Of a stretch of DNA of 31,966 bases, positions 25,286-31,966 are shown piece after piece (the stretch's first letter is position 1; each line of letters opens with the position of its first letter). Made by a program: the position numbers and the translations under genes. The notes under the pieces are model-generated. The model was given only the letters and a program-made list of their open reading frames with translations. It was not told the DNA's origin and did not search any database. The stretch is from Gemmatimonadota bacterium (GTDB lineage Bacteria > Latescibacterota > UBA2968 > UBA8231), in contig JAYPJE010000047.1 in NCBI GenBank assembly GCA_038128265.1, positions 1 through 31,966 of the forward strand, given 5' to 3'.

Positions 25286-28200
25286 CTATTTGATCAGGGT
25301 CATTTTACGCGTATGGGTAAAGCCCGGCGTGACGAGGCGGTAAAAGTAAATACCGCTGGCGACACCGTTTCCTTGCGCATCCAATCCATCCCAGTCGATT
25401 CGGTAGAATCCCGCCGCTTGTAGCGGATGGGAGACGAGTTCGCGCACCTGCTGTCCCAAAATATCATACACCGTGAGTTGTACGGGCGCGTCTTCGGGCA
25501 GCGCATATTCAATGCTTGTCGATGGATTGAATGGGTTGGGATAGTTGGCGCGCAGGGCGTAGGCTTCAGGTCGCAGCGCGGCCGAGTGCAGCTGCACCGC
25601 CGAGCGCACGCCCAGGGTCGGCGATGCGGTATAGGCCTCGCGCAAATCGAGGACTACCGCGTTTGCATCGCCCAGACGCGTAAAGCGCAGTTCGGCCAAC
25701 AGGCCCTGCCCTGATACGGTAGACCCATCGGTCAAACCGTTGCCGACAACGACCTGTCCGGGCTTTTCCCAGAATACGGAAAACAGGGGCGCATTGCCGC
25801 CCTTGCTGCCCAGCAAATGGCCGGGGCCGGGCAGGGCATGCTCAAAGCGCAGAACCGTTGGGTCGTATTCTATAACGACGCCAAATGCGCCTAGATCTTC
25901 CACCTGCCTGCCCCACAGGCGCACCGTCAGCTGGTTGTTTTCTGCGCGCGTGCCGCCGCGCGCTTCGAGGGCAAAGACCGACTTTTCATCGCTGGCTTGC
26001 GGAGCTGCCCAGCGTTTGCCGCTCAGCGTTTTGCCGAAGTTATCGACGAAGATAAAGAAATCGTTGAAGTCTACGCTGCCCCCGCCGTCCAGATCGTAGG
26101 CTGCGGCTTCGCCCGTGGCGCTCTGGCCGAAAAAGTCGACAAAGAGAAAAAAGTCGTCGAATGTGACGCCGCCGTCGCCGTTAAAGTCACCGGCTAGCGC
26201 TGAAGGATCGGCAACGACAAATGCTTCGGCTTGGGCAAACTCGCTAGCCAAATCGCCTTCGACTGCGCGTGCTCTCCAGTAGTAGGTCATGCCCTCTTCT
26301 AAGTCGCGATCGACGGTCCAACCCGTCTGGCCGGTGCCTATGTCACCGGATCCCTCTACCAAGTCCGAGACGGAAGCGGCCGCAGTGGAAAAGTCCGCGG
26401 CTGCGGAGATTTGTATCTCGTAGGTCAGCGTGCCGCCAGCGTTAAACGGGCTGGCGTTGGTAAAGAAGAACGTGGGCCGCAGGTAGTCGCCGCTGCGGCC
26501 CAATTCGCTCGGAGCAGACGGCGCTGACGCAGTGGTGGGCGTGACCGATACGGTGTCGGAAGCAGCGCTTTCGTTGGGTGGATTCTCCTTGTCAACGGAG
26601 GTCACGTAGTACTGGTAGGTGGTGTCGTTGCCGACGTTGAGGTCGGTATAGCTCGTCTTCTGCACGCCGGAGCTAAGCAGGGCAAATGCGCTGCCCGCCG
26701 CGCTGCGGTAGATGTTGAAGCCGTTGAGGTCGAGAGCGACCTCGGCTTCCCACGACAGGAGGACCTGCCGCGTTCCCTCCGTAGCACCAAGGCTAGTCGG
26801 CACGGCCGGTGCCGTCGTATCGGCCGCGCTCAGCGTGGTGAACTGGAGGGTATCGCTCTCCGTAGATGGATTGCCCGCGCGGTCCGTTGAACCGACGATG
26901 TAATAGTAGGTTTGGCCTGGCGTTAGGTTGGTCAGCGTGATGGTGTGGTCGGTAACGTCTTCCGTATCGCCAATATTGAAATCAAACGCCAGGCGATCGG
27001 TGCCAAATTCGACAAAGCTGTCGGACAGTTCGTCGGTGGTCCAGCCAATGATGGCCAGCGAGTCGGAGACGGTTGACTGGATGGACGATATGACGGGCGA
27101 ACTCAGGTCCGGTGCTGCGTCGGTGGTGAAGGATAGTGTGTCGCTATTGGTAGGACCGTTATTGCTCAGGTCGGACGAGGCGACGAAGTAGTAATACGTC
27201 TGATTTGCGCTGAGGTTTGTGAGCGTTACCTCGTGCGTGGTGGCCGACGTAGACAGCGTGCGCACCGTGCCGAGATTGGTTGTCGTGCCAAATTCGACCT
27301 CCGCTGTAGACTCCTCATCGGTGGTCCAGCGCAGGGTCGCACTATTGTCATTTTTGTAGACGATGGAAGGGGCTGACGTGATCGCTGGCGCGGTAATATC
27401 TACCTCGGGATCGGTCGTGAAAGTAGCTGTCGCACTCTGCGTCGCGCCATTGCCCGCCGCATCTGTCGACCCGACTATATAGCTATAGGTGGAGCCCGGT
27501 TCCAGGTCGCTGAGGACGATTTTGTGCGACGTCTCGTTGTCTCCGGACGCCTCGCTGTTGTCGAGGCTCGTAGAGCCGAACTGCACGTCGCTATCAGCGG
27601 GTTCGTCCGTTGTCCACTCGATAACGGCCGAGTCGTGCGTCTGCGAGGTGACGGAGGGGCCGGACAAGATAACGGGAAACTGCGTATCGGCGGTGGAGTC
27701 TGTGGTGAAGCTGCCCGAACCGCCGGGCGGCTGTAGCACCTTGGCGCGCTTGAGGGCGGATGAGTTGTTGGGGTCGAACGCCACCTTTTTGCCGTTAGGT
27801 CCCGTCGCCTCAATTCGGTAGCCGTAGGTGGTTGCCAAGTCGAGGCCGCTGACTGTGAGGATGTGGTCGCGCGTAAAGCGCGCGCTGCCGTTGGGGTTGA
27901 GGTTGGCGAACTCGAACTCATCGGCCGTGCCCAGTGTGGCGTTCGTGCCTATGGAGCCCGTGAATACATTACCCGAAGTGGGAATGTCCGTCGTCCAACG
28001 GACGATGGCCACCTTGCCGCGCACGACGACCTGCGGGCCTGCAACGATAACCGGAGCCAGTGTGTCGCTGGATGCGGACGTGCGAAAATGAAAGTCGCGG
28101 TTCCACTGCTCGTTGCCGCGCGGGTCCGTGCTGAGCGTATCTACCTCATTAAATGCGGTAATGCGAAAGCGATAGCGCGTTGCTGATGACAGTTCGCTAA

Positions 28201-29692
28201 GCGCAATGTCGTGTACCGTTAAGAGCTCTTCAGACGAAGAGGTATCCGTATAGGCTATGGGTATTTCACGCAGCGGCGTATCGTCTTCTAGCGCGGCGTA
28301 CTCGAGGCGAACGGACGCTGGCTGGTTGAGCTGTATGCGCAGGCGCGCGCCGTCGGATCCGACCACGTGGAAGGGGGGAGCGATAAAGCGCAGGCGTCGA
28401 TCTATGGGACGCGTGTTTAGGAAGTCCGGCCGCGTCGCCTGCACTTCTTGCTCGGTCATACCTTTTGCCAAGTAGCTCTCCGCATTGATCAAGCGAGAGC
28501 CCACGCTAAACTCATAGCGGGTATTGGGCTGTAGATCGCGAATCTCGACGATATGCACCTGCGTGCCGTCTTCGTCGTTGATGATTTCAGCAGCTGTCCC
28601 GTCGACGCCTGTATTAAAGGTGTAGCGCGTGTCGGCAGGGCGGTTGGTAAACCAGCGAATTACGGCGGAGAACGGCGTCGACTGCACTTCAAAGCGCTCC
28701 AAGAAGAGCGGCCGTTTATCGACGGCTAGGCGCGTCCTAAAGAACCCTTTAAACGGCGGGCTGGGACGACCATTGAGGTCATACGAGCGCGCCGTAAATT
28801 CGTACTCAACTTCGGGCTCGAGATTGCTGGCAATCACTGTGTGGCGACGGTTGCCGAGTGCATCGTCGAGTTTGCGAATGGCGTTGATGAACTCGGCTGT
28901 GATGACAACGTCCTCAAATCGAGGAAGAGACTGCAGTACAGTGCGTATGCGCTCGTCATCGAGTACTTCTCGCGGTATAATGCCCCGTTCGAGCAGGGCC
29001 TTTAGCCCTTCGAGCATGCGCGGAGTAACGCGCTCGGCCAGTGGGTTGGTAAAGGTGCGCCAAAGCGAGTCGCCTACGGCGCGGACCCGTACGGTGTCGG
29101 TGAGACCGGGATCCTTGGTGCGCCAGTTCAGGGCGACGAAATCGCGTTCGCGAATGGTTTCTAAGTCGAAAATGGCGTTGGGAAAGAACTTTACCAGCTT
29201 GATGCCAAATTGGTTAATGCCAAAGCGCCGCTCGTCAAAGTCGGTCGAATTGGCGCCTACGCGCACCTTGGTGATGGAGAGCATCGCCCCCTGTTCGGGA
29301 ACGGGGCCTACGATTTCGAAATTGATGGTGTACAGTACGCCAGCCCCTGCAACGGTTTTGTTGCCCGATACGGCAAATCCCTCGATGACGAAACCGTCAT
29401 CTCGCGTAACGGGTGCTTGCGGCAGTGCCAACTGAGGTGGGATAAACGGGCCGGGTCCGATTTGCACGTTGCCTATGATGCGCGGATCATAGGCAATTTC
29501 GATTGCGCTCTGGCGTCCCGCCTCGACAAATTCTACGCCGACAGCAGCGCTGATGCGCTGTCCGACGGAGGGGTCGCGGATATCTCGAGGGTTGAATTGA
29601 ACTCTGAAGGCTTCATTGGTGCCTGCCCACAGCGGTGATGCGATCAGTGCGAGCAGGATGCAGACGAGCAAGTGGCGGCTTTTGATACCCAT
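25286..29692 (-). CDS. Large secreted modular protein: signal peptide, cohesin-like, about 9 FN3-type repeats, dockerin/EF-hand-like pair, cohesin-like, FlgD-Ig/T9SS-like CTD
   Basis: Signal peptide ending LWA. Repeats of form D..P.I...A.I.WTTDE...H...L..L...TY.Y.V.S.D..GN....FTT. Duplicated GDFNGDGGVTFDDFFLF / DLDGGGSVDFNDFFIF. YDP..L.F...G.G.LAELRF cohesin pattern. CTD NYPNPFNP...SGIYFYRL...KMTLIK. Confidence 0.85.
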   Translation of the reverse strand: MGIKSRHLLVCILLALIASPLWAGTNEAFRVQFNPRDIRDPSVGQRISAAVGVEFVEAGRQSAIEIAYDPRIIGNVQIGPGPFIPPQLALPQAPVTRDDGFVIEGFAVSGNKTVAGAGVLYTINFEIVGPVPEQGAMLSITKVRVGANSTDFDERRFGINQFGIKLVKFFPNAIFDLETIRERDFVALNWRTKDPGLTDTVRVRAVGDSLWRTFTNPLAERVTPRMLEGLKALLERGIIPREVLDDERIRTVLQSLPRFEDVVITAEFINAIRKLDDALGNRRHTVIASNLEPEVEYEFTARSYDLNGRPSPPFKGFFRTRLAVDKRPLFLERFEVQSTPFSAVIRWFTNRPADTRYTFNTGVDGTAAEIINDEDGTQVHIVEIRDLQPNTRYEFSVGSRLINAESYLAKGMTEQEVQATRPDFLNTRPIDRRLRFIAPPFHVVGSDGARLRIQLNQPASVRLEYAALEDDTPLREIPIAYTDTSSSEELLTVHDIALSELSSATRYRFRITAFNEVDTLSTDPRGNEQWNRDFHFRTSASSDTLAPVIVAGPQVVVRGKVAIVRWTTDIPTSGNVFTGSIGTNATLGTADEFEFANLNPNGSARFTRDHILTVSGLDLATTYGYRIEATGPNGKKVAFDPNNSSALKRAKVLQPPGGSGSFTTDSTADTQFPVILSGPSVTSQTHDSAVIEWTTDEPADSDVQFGSTSLDNSEASGDNETSHKIVLSDLEPGSTYSYIVGSTDAAGNGATQSATATFTTDPEVDITAPAITSAPSIVYKNDNSATLRWTTDEESTAEVEFGTTTNLGTVRTLSTSATTHEVTLTNLSANQTYYYFVASSDLSNNGPTNSDTLSFTTDAAPDLSSPVISSIQSTVSDSLAIIGWTTDELSDSFVEFGTDRLAFDFNIGDTEDVTDHTITLTNLTPGQTYYYIVGSTDRAGNPSTESDTLQFTTLSAADTTAPAVPTSLGATEGTRQVLLSWEAEVALDLNGFNIYRSAAGSAFALLSSGVQKTSYTDLNVGNDTTYQYYVTSVDKENPPNESAASDTVSVTPTTASAPSAPSELGRSGDYLRPTFFFTNASPFNAGGTLTYEIQISAAADFSTAAASVSDLVEGSGDIGTGQTGWTVDRDLEEGMTYYWRARAVEGDLASEFAQAEAFVVADPSALAGDFNGDGGVTFDDFFLFVDFFGQSATGEAAAYDLDGGGSVDFNDFFIFVDNFGKTLSGKRWAAPQASDEKSVFALEARGGTRAENNQLTVRLWGRQVEDLGAFGVVIEYDPTVLRFEHALPGPGHLLGSKGGNAPLFSVFWEKPGQVVVGNGLTDGSTVSGQGLLAELRFTRLGDANAVVLDLREAYTASPTLGVRSAVQLHSAALRPEAYALRANYPNPFNPSTSIEYALPEDAPVQLTVYDILGQQVRELVSHPLQAAGFYRIDWDGLDAQGNGVASGIYFYRLVTPGFTHTRKMTLIK
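26033..26191 (-). repeat. Duplicated Ca-binding dockerin/EF-hand-like motif within the large protein
   Basis: GDFNGDGGVTFDDFFLFVDFFG and YDLDGGGSVDFNDFFIFVDNFG. Confidence 0.75.
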
Positions 29693-29830
29693 GGATCAGC
29701 CCTTTCGAAAAGCGTGCGTAATACGCGTCAATTGGAGTCTGCTATCATACGGAAAAATCTCGTCCAATAAATATAGAGAAAAACGCTGCGCGCGTTTGGT
29801 GATGCAGATCATATAAGAGCAAGTTTTTAC

Positions 29831-29858
29831 TTGCTCAGGTCCATAGAGGCCGTACATT
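29831..29858 (+). promoter_or_regulatory. Candidate promoter for the pyrB leader
   Basis: TTGCTC-N16-TACATT, with the same -10 hexamer as the promoter at 2504. The -35 lies in an arm of an 8-bp inverted repeat. Confidence 0.45.
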
Positions 29859-29884
29859 TATCACTGGAAAACAAGGTAGAGTAG

Positions 29885-29914
29885 ATGAGAGCCGAAAGCA
29901 TACGCAATGGATAG
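29885..29914 (+). CDS. Putative 9-aa leader peptide (MRAESIRNG) upstream of pyrB
   Basis: ATG preceded by AAGGT at 7 nt; the TAG abuts the terminator stem. An ORF this short could arise by chance. Confidence 0.35.
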   Translation: MRAESIRNG

Positions 29915-29941
29915 CAGCCCCCCTGTGAGGGCTGTTTTTTT
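29915..29941 (+). terminator. Intrinsic terminator in the pyrB 5' leader (probable attenuator)
   Basis: CAGCCC-CCCTGTGA-GGGCTG followed by T7, ending 33 nt before the pyrB ATG, with no full-size same-strand gene upstream. Confidence 0.75.
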
Positions 29942-29974
29942 GTGTCAACTACCCATTGAGCGAGGGAGTGCAGG

Positions 29975-30901
29975 ATGAGCGCGTTGAGCCATGTCATAGA
30001 GGCCCAGCAATTCGATGTGGAGTCGCTGCAGGCCATTTTTGCCACGGCGCGAGAGATGGAACAAGTCGTGCAGCACTACGGCTCAAATATTCTCAACCGG
30101 CGCGTTATGGCCACCCTGTTTTACGAGCCGAGCACGCGCACGCGGCTCTCGTTTGAGTCGGCGATGGCCCGTTTGGGCGGAGCCGTGTTGACTACCGAAA
30201 GTGCACAGGAGTTTTCCTCGGCGGCCAAGGGAGAAACGCTGGAGGATACCATACGAGTTGTCGCAGGGTACGCCGACGTTATCGTCCTGCGCCATTTTGA
30301 GAGCGGCGCCAGCCGTCGCGCCGCCGACGTGGCTGGCATTCCCGTTATAAACGCCGGCGATGGGGCGGGGCAGCACCCCACGCAGTCGCTGCTGGACATG
30401 TACACGATTGATCGCGAGGTCGGCCACATCGACTCGATTTCCATCGCATTGGTTGGAGATCTCGCCAACGGGCGCACTGTGCGTTCGCTGTGCTATCTAT
30501 TGGCCAAGTACAAAGACCCCAAAATTTACTTTGTCGCGCCGCCCGTCGTGCGCATGAAAGAGGATATAAAGGAGTATCTGCGCCGTCACAATACGCGTTT
30601 TGAAGAAGTTGAGGATTTACACGCCGTTGCTCGCGAGGTCGATGTAATATATCAGACCCGCATTCAGCGCGAGCGCTTTGGCGATCGCATACACGAGTAC
30701 GAGCAGGCGCGCGGTCGGTATATAATCGACCAATCCATCCTCGATTGCATGCGCAACGATGCGATTGTCATGCATCCTCTGCCGCGGGTAGATGAAATCG
30801 ATCCCGCGGTGGATGGCGATCCGCGCGCGGCCTATTTTCGCCAGGCGCACAACGGGCTCTACGTGCGCATGGCCCTGCTGCGCATGCTGCTAGCGCCCTG
30901 A
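29975..30901 (+). CDS. pyrB: Aspartate carbamoyltransferase catalytic subunit
   Basis: FYEPSTRTRLSFE, KGETLEDT, NAGDG.GQHPTQ, QTRIQRERF, HPLPR and YFRQA motifs. Confidence 0.97.
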   Translation: MSALSHVIEAQQFDVESLQAIFATAREMEQVVQHYGSNILNRRVMATLFYEPSTRTRLSFESAMARLGGAVLTTESAQEFSSAAKGETLEDTIRVVAGYADVIVLRHFESGASRRAADVAGIPVINAGDGAGQHPTQSLLDMYTIDREVGHIDSISIALVGDLANGRTVRSLCYLLAKYKDPKIYFVAPPVVRMKEDIKEYLRRHNTRFEEVEDLHAVAREVDVIYQTRIQRERFGDRIHEYEQARGRYIIDQSILDCMRNDAIVMHPLPRVDEIDPAVDGDPRAAYFRQAHNGLYVRMALLRMLLAP

Positions 30902-30906
30902 GATTC

Positions 30907-30935
30907 TTGACGCGCTATCGGCGATTGGATATATT
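30907..30935 (+). promoter_or_regulatory. Sigma70-type promoter for the small basic protein
   Basis: TTGACG-N17-TATATT. Confidence 0.75.
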
Positions 30936-30977
30936 TCGCGCACACATTGTCGTTCATGAGGATCAGAGAGGTCGTGC

Positions 30978-31100
30978 ATGGGTTCCAGTAAAGGCAGGAT
31001 TCGCGAGCGGGAGCTGCGCCAGCGTCGCAAGCGCCGCAAAGAGCAGTTGAAACAGCGTATTAAAGAGGCTAAGATGGCGCCGCGCAAGCGCTCGAAATAG
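30978..31100 (+). CDS. Small highly basic protein, 40 aa (MGSSKGRIRERELRQRRKRRKEQLKQRIKEAKMAPRKRSK)
   Basis: Hand-translated and absent from the ORF track. SD GAGAGGT 5 nt upstream; flanked by a promoter and a terminator. Confidence 0.8.
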   Translation: MGSSKGRIRERELRQRRKRRKEQLKQRIKEAKMAPRKRSK

Positions 31101-31144
31101 GGCACTTGCCGTATCGTATCTGCGCCGTAAACGGACTAGATCGC

Positions 31145-31178
31145 AAGAGAGCGGGCAGTTTTCTGTCGGCTCTCTTTT
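31145..31178 (+). terminator. Probable intrinsic terminator after the small basic ORF
   Basis: AAGAGAGC-G-GGCAG-TTTT-CTGTC-G-GCTCTCTT followed by TTGCGTT. Confidence 0.65.
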
Positions 31179-31205
31179 GCGTTGAGAATACGTGACGGAG
31201 GAAAA

Positions 31206-31966
31206 ATGCGCGTAGCAGTTGCCGGGGTGAACGGCATTGGCAAGCACCACGCCAAGTGGCATCATTTGGCCGGAGCCGAAGTCGTTGCGTTTTTGGGTAG
31301 TAGCGAAGAGAGCTGTGCCAAAGGTGCTCAAGCTCTGCGCGATATTTTTCCCTTCTCCGGGCGTGGCTACAGCGATTTTGACGCGTTGCTGACGCGCGAG
31401 CAACCCGACGTCATCGATATATGCTTGCCCAACGAGCTGCACTTTGACCATGCCCTAAAGGCGCTTGAACACGGCTGCCACGTGCTGTGCGAAAAGCCGC
31501 TGGTGTGGACCGACCAAGAGCCGGCGCGCATGCGTTCTCAGGCGCAGCAACTGGTCGAATGTGCGCAGGATAAAGGGCTGCGCCTGGGCGTGTGCAGCCA
31601 GTATGCGGCAGCGCTGCCCCATTACGCGCGTTTGCACCAGGCGCGTCGCGGCAGCCAAGAGCCCGCGCGCGCATTTTACGCCGAGATGGATACCCTGGCG
31701 CGCGGCCGCACGCGCAGCGCCGAGGAAATTTGGATCGATATGGGGCCGCACCCGCTCAGCCTGCTGCTGGCCTGGATGCCGCAGGGCGTCGTGCAGAGCG
31801 ACTCATTAGACGTCGCTTTTAACGGCGGCGAAGCGCGCGCGCGCTTTGACTTTTCCGATGGGGAGCAGACGTGTCGATGCGAAGTTATTGTGCGCGATCT
31901 GCCCGAAGGGAAGCCGGTGCGCCGCTTTGGTATCAACGACTTTATTGTCGACTGCGAGGGGCGGGC
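31206..31966 (+). CDS. Gfo/Idh/MocA family NAD(P)-dependent oxidoreductase (3' truncated by window edge)
   Basis: ATG 31206 after GGAGG. MRVAVAGVNGIGKHHA Rossmann motif, PDVIDICLPNELH and HVLCEKPL. No stop before the window end, so it is missing from the ORF track. Confidence 0.9.
   Translation, partial: MRVAVAGVNGIGKHHAKWHHLAGAEVVAFLGSSEESCAKGAQALRDIFPFSGRGYSDFDALLTREQPDVIDICLPNELHFDHALKALEHGCHVLCEKPLVWTDQEPARMRSQAQQLVECAQDKGLRLGVCSQYAAALPHYARLHQARRGSQEPARAFYAEMDTLARGRTRSAEEIWIDMGPHPLSLLLAWMPQGVVQSDSLDVAFNGGEARARFDFSDGEQTCRCEVIVRDLPEGKPVRRFGINDFIVDCEGR

Noticed and set aside
26800..28080. Repeated DNA-level similarity suggesting CRISPR or tandem repeats
   Set aside because: Degenerate in-frame protein domain repeats of about 290 nt; no identical repeats with spacers.
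28629..29435. 268-aa + strand ORF opposite the large modular protein
   Set aside because: Ser/Arg-rich off-frame composition; explained as antisense shadow.
30890..31451. Minus-strand ORFs 30890-31105 and 30963-31451
   Set aside because: The + strand has a promoter, SD-led ORFs and a recognisable oxidoreductase; these are antisense shadows.

Overview
Chromosomal, mostly housekeeping window from a moderately high-GC diderm bacterium. An FCB-group lineage such as Latescibacterota or Gemmatimonadota-like is inferred from the PNPFNP/FlgD-Ig C-terminal domains and dockerin-like repeats; this was not verified. Left to right on the + strand: 3' part of an acidic surface protein with a T9SS/FlgD-like C-terminal domain, moaD-moaE-CX5R phosphatase, a stand-alone 64-aa zinc-ribbon gene, YbbR/CdaR-like gene, tsaD and a vWA membrane protein. 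A roughly 16-kb run follows: ftsK-lolA-S8 protease-DUF4352-like-prfB (programmed +1 frameshift)-lolC/E-lolD-mcsA-mcsB-clpC-bamA-skp-fabZ, then a PAS hybrid histidine kinase. On the - strand is a 1468-aa non-catalytic cohesin/FN3/dockerin/CTD protein. The right end carries pyrB with an attenuator-like leader, an unannotated 40-aa very basic protein in its own transcription unit, and a partial Gfo/Idh/MocA oxidoreductase. No tRNA, rRNA, CRISPR or mobile element was seen. Main points of interest: the scaffoldin-like protein carrying both dockerin and cohesin modules; a CtsR-less McsA/McsB/ClpC arginine-phosphorylation module inside an envelope-biogenesis cluster, with one of the two ClpC pArg sites apparently degenerate; bamA-skp-fabZ lacking lpxD and lpxA; a plant-like ATCase preceded by a leader micro-ORF, terminator and PyrR-like hairpin; and two small stand-alone genes of unknown function. 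All family assignments come from motif recognition; no database search was run.
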